Origin: Candidatus Bathyarchaeota archaeon
GTDB taxonomy: Archaea > Thermoproteota > Bathyarchaeia > Bathyarchaeales > Bathycorpusculaceae
NCBI GenBank assembly: GCA_963702095.1
Contig: OY969706.1
Span: 1,856,001-1,920,000, forward strand
Reading direction: 5' to 3'
DNA: 64,000 nt
Part shown: positions 50,407 through 59,655 of the stretch, piece by piece
How positions within the stretch are numbered: position 1 is the first letter of the stretch
Layout: every line of letters begins with the position of its first letter
Notes under the pieces: model-generated
Databases searched by the model: none
Told to the model about the DNA's origin: nothing
The model's input: only the letters and a program-made list of their open reading frames with translations
Program-made: the position numbers and the translations under genes

Positions 50407-51456
50407 ATGATTAACACTAAAACTGCCGCTTTAGCATTGATTCTCTTAGCGATAATTGCGTTTCCGGTAGTTTTGACTTTTGCAAATGCTCAAACAAACC
50501 AAAGCGTAGAAGAAAACCTTGTTGCAATGGCTCAAGGGGCAGGTAACCAAGTTCAAACGTTAATAACAAAAATTTATACCGACCCAAATGCAACCCAAAA
50601 AATAGAAAACGCCAACCTTATGGACCAATTTGAGGGCAACGCCACACTATATCAAGCGGAAGGTTTAGCTAAACTTTCAAATGCTCAAGAAGCCCTCGCA
50701 AACTCACAATACAATTCTGCTTCAGATTCGGCGCTGCAAGCCCTTGATATTTTTAGAAGCTCCTACAGTTCCATAGAGGTTATTCTTGAAGCAGCAGGCA
50801 TACCTATTGACACTTCAATAAGTAACCAAGAACTAATTGATGCTATAGAAAGGGAGCTACAACGGGTCGAAACCCTCAAAGAAATCCTGCCCTCAAACAC
50901 CTCCAAAGATACTTTTGACTTATTAGATAATGCCAAGGAAAAACTGCTCGAAGCCAAAACATCGACGCTCAAAGGAGAAACCGACACTGCCCAAGCACAG
51001 TTTGTTGAAGCCAAACAATTCATAACACAAATCTACCAGTACCTCAAAACAGAAGCACAGCAATCAAACACTTGGCGCCTCAACGAGTACTGCCAAAAAC
51101 TCCAACAGCAAATTCAAGAACGCTTCTCGTACGGAAAACAAAACGGCATCGACTTCACAGCAGCCTTAGCCGCTAAAGGATACCAAAGTGAAACCCAATT
51201 CATGCAAGCGATACAAGCCAAAATACAGAACGCGCAAAGTCAGGGGGGCATCCAAAATGCAATTCAAGAGTGCGAATTGATCAACCAAATGGTTCAGCAG
51301 ATGCAGCAGTCACTTAATCAGGAAATCAACAGCCAACAGCAAAACCAAGGCGGCACCAGCGGAGGCGGAGTTGGCGGAGACGGAAACAGCAGCAACAGCA
51401 CAGCTCTAGGCGGTAACAATAGCAACGGTAACGGAACCAAAGGCGGAAACAGATAA
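50407..51456 (+). CDS. Exported alpha-helical Gln-rich protein with Gly/Asn tail
   Basis: N-terminal signal/anchor ending ANA-Q; long amphipathic helices; GGTSGGG..NGNG tail. Confidence 0.8.
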   Translation: MINTKTAALALILLAIIAFPVVLTFANAQTNQSVEENLVAMAQGAGNQVQTLITKIYTDPNATQKIENANLMDQFEGNATLYQAEGLAKLSNAQEALANSQYNSASDSALQALDIFRSSYSSIEVILEAAGIPIDTSISNQELIDAIERELQRVETLKEILPSNTSKDTFDLLDNAKEKLLEAKTSTLKGETDTAQAQFVEAKQFITQIYQYLKTEAQQSNTWRLNEYCQKLQQQIQERFSYGKQNGIDFTAALAAKGYQSETQFMQAIQAKIQNAQSQGGIQNAIQECELINQMVQQMQQSLNQEINSQQQNQGGTSGGGVGGDGNSSNSTALGGNNSNGNGTKGGNR

Positions 51457-51464
51457 CAACTTTG

Positions 51465-52355
51465 CTACTTCTTTAATATGACTTGGTTTTCAAGGCCAAC
51501 TTTCTTTACTTCAACTAGCTCAAGTTTTTCAAGTCGCTTTACTAGTCGCCAAAGGCTCGTGCGGGGCATGTCTGGGAATCTTTGCCTGATCTCCGCCTCG
51601 AATGCACGGCCTTCTTTTTCATCGAGGAATTGAAGCACCTCTTTGTCTTCCTTCATTAACTGGGGGTTTTCGTTGAAGGCTTTCTTTATGTTAAAACGCC
51701 GTTTTCTTTTAACAACAAACAATGAAACGCTAAGAACAACGGCAAGTAACGCACAGCCCAAAGTGATTATCAGGTACTCTAAAGGTACTGTAGAGCTGCT
51801 TTGTATTGGCGTTTGGTTGTTTTGGTCCTGAGTTACCAATTGCAGTAGATAGCTGATTTCCCATTGACCAGAATTTAGATGCAGATTTACCTCGTTGTTG
51901 ATTGTTTCGATGGCGGCTGGTGCATCGCTCAGGTAGATGACTGATGAGTTCACGGGGAAAACAACTGTAAGGTCATAGGGGTTGTCCACACAGAGGGTCC
52001 AGACTTCGTTTGCTTTACTCGTTAAAGTGTTAGTGTCATATTCTACTTGGGCTTTGGAGGCGCCAAACGAGTAAATTAGTAAAGTTTCGGCGTTGACTTC
52101 ATAATCTACCGCTAACTGCTCCTCATCAAGAATAACCAAGTTTTCAACGTCAGAAGAAAGCAAGGTGCACTGAGCTTGCGGTGCATTGCTGTCTAAGGTT
52201 AAGGTTTGTTCTACGTGAACTAAGCCGTCTCGGTAAACTCTAACATATGTTGAGTCTACACTGGTTACTGATTGCGCGGCTGCAGCAAATAGTACAATTA
52301 CTGCCAATGAAACGGCAACCAGTGTTAGCCACCAGCTTGCGCTGTGTTGTCTCAT
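51465..52355 (-). CDS. Membrane-anchored transcription regulator (ectodomain-TM-winged HTH, COG2512-like)
   Basis: Signal peptide, beta-rich ectodomain, TM followed by KRKRR, then EDKEVLQFL..EAEIRQRF..PRTSLWRLVKRLEKLELVEVKKVG. Confidence 0.85.
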   Translation of the reverse strand: MRQHSASWWLTLVAVSLAVIVLFAAAAQSVTSVDSTYVRVYRDGLVHVEQTLTLDSNAPQAQCTLLSSDVENLVILDEEQLAVDYEVNAETLLIYSFGASKAQVEYDTNTLTSKANEVWTLCVDNPYDLTVVFPVNSSVIYLSDAPAAIETINNEVNLHLNSGQWEISYLLQLVTQDQNNQTPIQSSSTVPLEYLIITLGCALLAVVLSVSLFVVKRKRRFNIKKAFNENPQLMKEDKEVLQFLDEKEGRAFEAEIRQRFPDMPRTSLWRLVKRLEKLELVEVKKVGLENQVILKK

Positions 52356-52484
52356 CAGATATCACTATAGAGTCTATGTTTCCTAAAATAAGTTTTATGT
52401 ATACAAAATTAACCCTGAACAGCCTGCCATGGCTCTAAACCGGTACTTGAAGCTAACTGTCGGCGATTTTTTGCGTTTCAAGTT

Positions 52485-52513
52485 TGGAACGTTCGTTTCA
52501 CGGTGTCCCTTAA
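52485..52513 (+). promoter_or_regulatory. 16-bp palindrome plus TTAA box upstream of surface protein gene
   Basis: TGGAACG-TT-CGTTTCA, 9 nt, then TTAA. Confidence 0.7.
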
Positions 52514-52547
52514 GTCAGGCTCTGCTAATCGGGTTAGCGGTGAAAAA

Positions 52548-53378
52548 ATGAGCAGAAATCAAGGAACAAAACAACGCAAACTAAGCGCATTGCTTTTCGC
52601 GCTGCTATTAGTTAGTGCCTTTGCGTCTGTGACAATTGTTGCAGCAAGTAACGGAAACGGTGGGGGTTCTGAACAGGGACAGCAAGCACAAACAGGAAAC
52701 GATGGTTCTCCAACTGCACTGATGAACCAGAATCAGACCTCTGGAGGCAACCAGACTAATGTTTCCAACGGCACTGTTGCAACTGAAAAGTTACAAATTC
52801 AAGCCAGACAACAGACCCAATTACAAGTCCGAAACATGACCATGCTTATGAACTGCACAAACAACTGCGAAGTAGTCCTTTCATCGGAAGAAAATGTTGC
52901 ACCACAAGATTTCCAAATATCACTGGATGCGAACCAGACAATGAAGCTCGAAATGAACCTTTCCAAGTCTCCTCTGAATGGTGCAATGGTTAACGAGCGA
53001 ACCCTCAATTTCTACTTAGGCATAGAACCAAACGCAACTACCCAGCTCCATGCCCAAATTAGACTACGCATTAACCAAACCGAACTAAGCCAAAACTTAA
53101 ACTGGGAAGTTAACGCTTCAAGACTTACTTGGATGTACTGGAACCAAACAACAGCCCAATGGGAAAAAGTTGAAAGCCACATGGACCAGAACGGCTACTT
53201 AGTATGTAACACAGATCACTTTTCCACGTGGGCAGTCGCCGATGTTGAACCCATCCAAGAACCAACTACACCATCAACACAAAGCATCAGCCTTCCGATG
53301 GAATACCTTGTAATCGGGGCAGTCGTTGCCTTGGTGGTTGTAGCGGTTGGAGTAATTGCTTACAAGAAGCGCAAATAG
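52548..53378 (+). CDS. Membrane-anchored surface protein with HFS motif
   Basis: ATG 52548 after GGTGA; signal peptide, G/N/Q-rich N-terminus, WMYWN..W..CNTDHFSTWAV, TM + KKRK. Confidence 0.8.
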   Translation: MSRNQGTKQRKLSALLFALLLVSAFASVTIVAASNGNGGGSEQGQQAQTGNDGSPTALMNQNQTSGGNQTNVSNGTVATEKLQIQARQQTQLQVRNMTMLMNCTNNCEVVLSSEENVAPQDFQISLDANQTMKLEMNLSKSPLNGAMVNERTLNFYLGIEPNATTQLHAQIRLRINQTELSQNLNWEVNASRLTWMYWNQTTAQWEKVESHMDQNGYLVCNTDHFSTWAVADVEPIQEPTTPSTQSISLPMEYLVIGAVVALVVVAVGVIAYKKRK

Positions 53379-53459
53379 GCAAAAATTACCCTTTTTATTT
53401 TTTTTTGCAATACTTCGCTGGAAAAGAATTCTATCACAATAGACCAAAAATATTCGAAT

Positions 53460-53576
53460 CTGCTTGAGGATTTGTCCACAACCCGCCAGCAACCCCTCTC
53501 CGATGCAGAACGCAAAACACAGCCGCCCTCCAAGCCCGCTGGAAAACGATGAGTAAGGGCGACGCTGCCTTCATCT
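53460..53576 (+). repeat. Dispersed repeat family B
   Basis: tgcttgaggatttgtccacaacccgccagcaaccc..gctggaaaacgatgagtaagggcgacgctgccttcatct; arms CCAGC/GCTGG. Confidence 0.75.
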
Positions 53577-53669
53577 TAGAAAAACAAAAAGCCAAAATTC
53601 TAAGCTATCGAAGAGTCCTTCGTAGAGCAACAGAATTTTAAAAAGAAAATTGTTGCGAGGAGACGCCGC

Positions 53670-53963
53670 TTAGTTAACGGTCATTTTGCCGAATTTGCCG
53701 ACGTTGAGCTGGATTTCGCCTTTGAAGCTCGTAACATAGCCGTTTTCGATTTTTACGTTGTCGCCTATGTTAACCTGCTCGATCTGCTCGTTCCACAGGG
53801 TTAGTTTTATGCTGCCGGTTTCGTCGGCGACGACTGCGTCGACGATTCGGTAGGTTTCGTCTTTATATTTGGATCTGACTTCCCGCGGGTCTCCTTTATC
53901 TACGACTTTGGCTTCTATGCTAACCCGTTTCATACCATCAGCTAAATCTTTAATATCCGTCAA
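53670..53963 (-). CDS. Single OB-fold ssDNA-binding protein (SSB/RPA-like)
   Basis: IKDL..VADETGSIKLTLWNE..IENGYVTSFKGEIQLNVGKFG. Confidence 0.9.
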   Translation of the reverse strand: MTDIKDLADGMKRVSIEAKVVDKGDPREVRSKYKDETYRIVDAVVADETGSIKLTLWNEQIEQVNIGDNVKIENGYVTSFKGEIQLNVGKFGKMTVN

Positions 53964-54075
53964 GTTGCTTCCCTTCTTGATTGTTAGCTACGTTTTCCTT
54001 TTTCATTCATATAAATCTTGCTAACTAAGCGCGGGTCAAAGAAAAAATTAAATGGACAAAAAGGGTTGGCGTGTG

Positions 54076-55359
54076 TTAAACTACGCCGATTAGGAGCCAC
54101 AGCGCCAGCAAGGTTACTGCGACGCTTACTGCGGCGATGGCTATGCATTTGACTGTTGTGAACTCTGGTTTGAGTGTCTTTATGATTATTGCTCCAAGTC
54201 CTCCCAGCCACACATAGGATACTGCGAACATGGCGGCTACGATGCCTCGGAAAATCGCGGTTGAAGCGGTGATGGCGGCTATACTGCTCTGTGCCTGCAT
54301 GGTGAGGGTATTTAATGCTTCTGTTGGATAGTAGAGTGTCACAAATGGGTCGAAGAGTGTGCCGAATGATACGTCATAGGGGTAATAGGTTACTGGCAAC
54401 GCCAACGTTGCAGCTAAATTTACGATTGCACGGATAACCATCACGATCATTGCAAAGCCGAAGGCGACGAAGATGGGTTTCCAGGTTACTGCGCTCTTAA
54501 AGGCATAGCGGCAGAGTATGTAGATTAATGCTGCTCCCAGCAACCATGTGAAGAGGAACTGTAGCGAGTAAACCTGTAGGAACCGAAGCAGTAAGCCAGT
54601 GGTGTCAAATTGAAGGGGGGTAACGTAGAGTCCCCGGAAGAATAGGGCGCCGACGCGGATGGTTATGTCGGTGTTGCTGCCGTAGGTGAAAGTTAACGCT
54701 AAAGATGTTATGTTTTGCCACTGGGGAGTGCCTGATTCACTCCAGCCTGTGGCGTCTGGTCCCAGCGGAACCGTTATGTTGCCCCACTGTCCCACTGCAT
54801 CTGCGTCTGCTACTGCAGAAGTTAAATCGTATGTGTAGTAGCTGGTGTCGCTTAGGGAGTAGAGGGTTAGGGTGGTGTTTTGGGGTGCATTTTGGGGCTG
54901 CACAAGTTTGAGCGTGATGGAGAGGTTTTGGAAGCCGCTTGGGCTGCAATCAACGTTGGAAGTGTTGTATAAGACGGCTGTGAGTGTGTTGGTGTTTTGG
55001 GCTTGCATCTGCATGCTGAAGTTGCCGAACAGGGGGTAGTAGCCTAAGGGGTCGGTGGGTGGACGCTGCAGGTTGGCTATGTAGACGGTGTTGTTGAAAT
55101 AATCGTCAAAGTTGTTGGTGAAGTTTACGTCGGATGAACCAACCCAGTTGGTGGCGTTGTTGAAGGCCTGCATTTCCCCGGCAAGCGGGTAAGTGGTTTC
55201 CAACTCGGTTTTGTTGAACTGGGCAAATGCAAAGCCAATCTGTAATGCGATGAAGATGAGTAAAATCAGGATTGCGCCAAGATACTTGGGTTTTTCAATG
55301 ATACTCTTGAATGCCCGCTTAGGCGCATAGATGACCTGTGCAATATCGGTAAGAATCAA
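54076..55359 (-). CDS. Yip1-like membrane protein with inserted extracellular beta-domain
   Basis: VIYAPKRAFKSI Yip1-type start, about 200-aa N/T/S-rich insert, several C-terminal TM segments. Confidence 0.65.
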   Translation of the reverse strand: MILTDIAQVIYAPKRAFKSIIEKPKYLGAILILLIFIALQIGFAFAQFNKTELETTYPLAGEMQAFNNATNWVGSSDVNFTNNFDDYFNNTVYIANLQRPPTDPLGYYPLFGNFSMQMQAQNTNTLTAVLYNTSNVDCSPSGFQNLSITLKLVQPQNAPQNTTLTLYSLSDTSYYTYDLTSAVADADAVGQWGNITVPLGPDATGWSESGTPQWQNITSLALTFTYGSNTDITIRVGALFFRGLYVTPLQFDTTGLLLRFLQVYSLQFLFTWLLGAALIYILCRYAFKSAVTWKPIFVAFGFAMIVMVIRAIVNLAATLALPVTYYPYDVSFGTLFDPFVTLYYPTEALNTLTMQAQSSIAAITASTAIFRGIVAAMFAVSYVWLGGLGAIIIKTLKPEFTTVKCIAIAAVSVAVTLLALWLLIGVV

Positions 55360-55474
55360 TCTCTGTCTTCTCCTTGCTATTTCAAAAATACACGGACTAT
55401 TAAGTGTTATTCAAATCTCCAAACCAGACATCTGCAAGCTACCTGTATAGGCTGCGTTTGCAGGTTTGAAGTTT

Positions 55475-55660
55475 GTTTGTATTCTCTCTTTGTGTGGATG
55501 TGGTGGTTTGTAGGGTGCCACACGATGCCAAAAGGTGGCGGTTGCTTTTTGCAGAAGCATTGTGTTTAGGCGTCTGTTTCGGTGTGGCATCAGAGATTTC
55601 TACCACATGCGGTGCATGGGTCCATGCAGACGCTGGCGGGATGTGTGCGTGAATCCATGT
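55475..55660 (-). repeat. Dispersed repeat family A, full-length copy
   Basis: Reverse complement aligns nearly without gaps to 27808-27998. Confidence 0.8.
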
Positions 55661-56154
55661 ATCGTTTAGTATTTTTCTTCACAAGAATTCAGTGAACAGC
55701 AATGAATAGCGCAATGCAAGCAGACAATAGCATGTCCCATACGGAACAGACTCCATCCGTCACCAACACCCGCCCCCAACCAACCCTATAAGCAATTTCG
55801 CCAAAATAAAAACATGAAAAATAAGTACAATTCTCGTAATCAATGATTTTTTCTGCTCTCAGACGACCTCTATCCCCCTATAAAGAGGCAGAAATATCCG
55901 GATTTCCAACCTACTAATGCACCTGTTTTTAGCCCAACTAACTAACTCTTCTAAAGAAAAAGAAACCTCAAAATGGCGCCAACGCACTCAAAAGTGCTGA
56001 TTAAGTGGCGTCGATTGCGTTTCCAGCACCCAATCCAGCCTACATCAACTACATAGAGAAGCCACCAGCCACCAAAAACAACCCTCCATCCGCCCCTACA
56101 ACTGTTTTGTGAATAAAATTGAAAGGTCGTTTCGAAAATTTGTTCTTAACCTAT

Positions 56155-58449
56155 CTAAACAAATTGCTCCAAGAAGGTGCTCTGTTGACAACCAACAGCA
56201 TCTTTTACAATTTTTGCTGTATATCCCTTAAAGCTCAACAAGGTGGCAGCTGAACAATACAAAAGGTTCAGGTACTGCTTTATGTCTGGGTTAACGTTTT
56301 TTTCCAGCAACTGCTCAGCTTTTACCCTTCGATTATAACGCTTACTATCTGAATTTGTAAAAACAAAGCTTATGTCATTGCCTCCATTAATGTCCACGCC
56401 AGCTCGCTGCAGTTCCTGGGCTGCTATAAGCTGGCTTACATGATGCCTGTAATGAGTGGGATTCTTAGACAAATGCTTCGTTATAACTAAATCCGAGACG
56501 GGAATTTCACCATTAATTAGCCGCTGGCGATAATTCTTCACTACACTTAACGCTTCGGGGATTTTTCTCATAAAGTCTTCCGAGTTTCTAGCTTGCGATA
56601 AAACCCCAATCATTTCCATCTGGGCATTATAGACAAACTTGGGTGTATCACTTTTCCTCGCATCTAAGCCTCTGATCTTTACTTTACCCGTATTCATGAC
56701 GCCAAAATACCGATTTAGCACACTAACGTTAGAATGCAGCCGAGACGGAGAAAAAACGATCCACTTATAGAACCCTTCAAAATTAATCGGTACCCCAATT
56801 TCTTTAGTTATCTTTTCGCAGAGCGACTGGTATTGTTCTATTGTCGAGTTCTTTTTTTTAAGCCATAACGAATCCACGATGCCATGAATAACCTCAAAGC
56901 CCTCCTCTTCTGCAATATGTGTTGCCCTGAGAAACTCTTCTCTAGCAAAAGCACAGACGCCGATATGCCCATCAACAGTCCCAAATTTAGAATTGCTAAA
57001 ACCCAAATAGCCAAAACAGGTAACCAATATCCACTTCAGTGCTGATTGGCGTCTGTCATAAATCTGCTTTAACTCATTGTCGTCTGTTTGGTCCCGCATT
57101 TGCTTATATGTTAAGCGTTTAGTTAGCGCTAGATGCACCGTTTTTGGAACCATGCCTCTACGTTTAGTGCAGATGTGATAGTTCAGGTCTGGAATTCTAA
57201 GCGGTGAGTCCGGACAGCATTTACAGAGCACTGTTTCAGCTGAAATGTTGTATTTCTCCATTAAAGAGGGATACATAGATGAGAAGTCTAATTCGGCTAC
57301 TGAATCGTGAATGCCGAGGCGCGGTTCATAGATAAAGCCTCCGCGGTCGCCGATCAGTAGGTCCATGGCTGACTTGAATGTTTCAGGGATTTTCTTGTTC
57401 CTAGGCAACAAAATGTCGTCTTTGAGGGCTTGATAGAACTGTATAGAAGACATACTTGACCCAATAGAGAATCGCGCAGCCGTATGCAGTGGGACACGGC
57501 AGGTTCTTGCTACTTCAATGAGGCCATCTAAGCCAGTTTCGCGTACTACGAACGTGTTGTTGTCATCAACGTGGATTCTGCCATGTAGGCGAACGGTTCC
57601 TGCACGGTAAAACGTGTGCCCATAGGCGAAATAGGTTTTGCCAGTTTTGGGCGTCTGCTCAAGGGGTATATTGTCTCTGCTTAGGTTGAATTCTTTTAGG
57701 ACATTGTTACTTTTTGCTCTCCCTAATAGATAGGGAAAAAGGAAAGAGTCTCCTAGGCTGGTTAAGATTATGTCTGGATCCATCGCCTGTATAGCATAAA
57801 CCAGTTGCAGCAGTTTTGTGGCTTCGTCGCCATAATCGATGACTATGTCTTTTTTGCCTTCCTGCGTTAACCTGATAATTTCTATCTGGTCATCAAAGCT
57901 TGGAAGAGCACCCGTCTTTGCTACATCCACTTCCAGCCTAACAACCCGCAACTCAGGAACCACATAATTGGTGCTCTCCACCGAATCCAGTAGAGTGTAC
58001 ACTAAGCCCTCTTTGGATACTTTGATTTCTATATGGGCAAGCGGAAACAGGTCATGCTCAAAAATGTAGGCGCGGTCGCTTTGTATATCACAGTTATGCA
58101 GTTCATACCTTAAGTAATCGCCCAGCCGCAGAATCTCAAGCTGTAACGCTCTGGTTTGTCTGCAATCTTTAACCGTTATCTCTAGTACCCTTGATTTTTC
58201 ACTATCTACGGGGCTTGCATATTTGTAAACAACGCGTATGGATTCTATTTTTTGATGGTTGCATAATTTGGTGATTACCCCTTCAAGTTCCTCTTGCTTG
58301 GCTGACACGTAAATGTGAGGTTGAAACTTGTCTGTTAATTTAATTCGTTCGCCCTGTTCTGTTATTATCCAGACAGCTATTTTGCCGAAGTCAGAGGGGT
58401 AAACATCTAGCAGCCAGCCTTTAACTGCCTTTGCAGTATTTTGTGGCAT
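56155..58449 (-). CDS. polB2: Family B DNA polymerase, PolB2 group
   Basis: DFSSMYPS (motif A), KWILVTCFGY (B), HGIVDS (C, in place of YGDTDS), degenerate exonuclease domain. Confidence 0.9.
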   Translation of the reverse strand: MPQNTAKAVKGWLLDVYPSDFGKIAVWIITEQGERIKLTDKFQPHIYVSAKQEELEGVITKLCNHQKIESIRVVYKYASPVDSEKSRVLEITVKDCRQTRALQLEILRLGDYLRYELHNCDIQSDRAYIFEHDLFPLAHIEIKVSKEGLVYTLLDSVESTNYVVPELRVVRLEVDVAKTGALPSFDDQIEIIRLTQEGKKDIVIDYGDEATKLLQLVYAIQAMDPDIILTSLGDSFLFPYLLGRAKSNNVLKEFNLSRDNIPLEQTPKTGKTYFAYGHTFYRAGTVRLHGRIHVDDNNTFVVRETGLDGLIEVARTCRVPLHTAARFSIGSSMSSIQFYQALKDDILLPRNKKIPETFKSAMDLLIGDRGGFIYEPRLGIHDSVAELDFSSMYPSLMEKYNISAETVLCKCCPDSPLRIPDLNYHICTKRRGMVPKTVHLALTKRLTYKQMRDQTDDNELKQIYDRRQSALKWILVTCFGYLGFSNSKFGTVDGHIGVCAFAREEFLRATHIAEEEGFEVIHGIVDSLWLKKKNSTIEQYQSLCEKITKEIGVPINFEGFYKWIVFSPSRLHSNVSVLNRYFGVMNTGKVKIRGLDARKSDTPKFVYNAQMEMIGVLSQARNSEDFMRKIPEALSVVKNYRQRLINGEIPVSDLVITKHLSKNPTHYRHHVSQLIAAQELQRAGVDINGGNDISFVFTNSDSKRYNRRVKAEQLLEKNVNPDIKQYLNLLYCSAATLLSFKGYTAKIVKDAVGCQQSTFLEQFV

Positions 58450-58687
58450 CTAAAGCCTTCTCTAAACGCATAATCTTCTTTTGTTGTGCAAGGAGAATCG
58501 AAATAACCATGGGCTCGAAAAGGATCGGCTGAGTTGCGTTGCTTCCGGCAGATGCATAGCTTCGGCAAGCATCCATTAGGGATTCAAAGGCTTCCCTGTC
58601 TTCAGTTCTTAATGCTTTGGCGAAGCTGCTCCAGCGGTTTATCTCGTCTTCTATAGCCATGCGGTAGGATTCAACTGTTTTTCCCAT
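58421..58687 (-). CDS. PolB2-associated small helical protein
   Basis: MGKTVESYR..WSSFAKALRTEDREAF..PILFEPM; position between the RadA-like gene and polB2. Confidence 0.8.
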   Translation of the reverse strand: MGKTVESYRMAIEDEINRWSSFAKALRTEDREAFESLMDACRSYASAGSNATQPILFEPMVISILLAQQKKIMRLEKALDATKYCKGS

Positions 58688-59406
58688 TATGCCTTCTCTC
58701 CCATGAAATCAGTTAAAGTTGGATTTTCTGAATACAATTCGGCAGAGCCCAAGTTGAGGTATGGATGCTTGTCAAGGCTGATGGTTTTACCGTAGTTTGT
58801 ATGCTTGAAAGATAATATGACGTTTGCTTTTGCATGGGCTAGTCCTTGAAGGGAAGTGTTCCTTTTTGATTTTTCGTGAGGATGGTATGTTGCGATTAGG
58901 ATGAGGCGGTTTTCTTTGGCAAAGTTTGAAAGGTAACCCATTAGTTGACTGAAGACACGCTGTGCCTCCTCTTCGGCGATATTGTCTAAAAATAAACCCG
59001 CAATGTCTGAAATTATGACCAGTTTAGCGCTATACTTTTTGGTGGCTTGTTGTAGTTGTTGCATGATTAAGAAGATTTCTTGGTAGGCTGTGAATGCTCT
59101 TGAAATGTAGATGTTATCTAGTACTCGCTTGGGGTTGAGCTGGTATATTTGAGCGGTTTTTGCTATTTTATAGAGCCTGAAAGTTATTCCGCCTCCATCG
59201 ATAAAAATAACGTTGGATTCTAAGCCGCCAAGCTGTTTGGGTAACTGTGCTCTTACACATAGCAATGAAGTTAGTGATGAGGATGCGCCATATATGAGGG
59301 CAAAGTCTCCTTCGGCGAAGCCTGGGAAAAGTGTATCGGCCTTTTTTATGCTCAAGGGAAAAATTGGTTGGTAAAGCATGGGCTTGGCTACTTGATTTCG
59401 ACTCAT
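58687..59406 (-). CDS. Inactivated RadA/RecA-like protein of the PolB2 operon
   Basis: VIFIDGG, VLDNIYISRAFTAYQ, LVIISDI; Walker A degenerate (IYGASSSLTS). Confidence 0.85.
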   Translation of the reverse strand: MSRNQVAKPMLYQPIFPLSIKKADTLFPGFAEGDFALIYGASSSLTSLLCVRAQLPKQLGGLESNVIFIDGGGITFRLYKIAKTAQIYQLNPKRVLDNIYISRAFTAYQEIFLIMQQLQQATKKYSAKLVIISDIAGLFLDNIAEEEAQRVFSQLMGYLSNFAKENRLILIATYHPHEKSKRNTSLQGLAHAKANVILSFKHTNYGKTISLDKHPYLNLGSAELYSENPTLTDFMGEKA

Positions 59407-59655
59407 TTTCTTCTCACTCTCTACGTAAAAGAGATCAAAACGCTGTTTTTCCTTTTAAAAGATGACATTAAAAGACCGTTCAGTGTAGTGGAGGGGTAGC
59501 TGAAAGTGATGGACAAAAAATAGGTGAGATTCAAACAGTAAACCCATAACTCCTGTTATTTTTCGTAGTTCTGCGTTGAGTTCTGAGCAGAACAGCGATT
59601 TGTCTACCGATAAGGCGGGATTTCTAATCGGGACGTTAGAAGAGCAAGTTTGTTC

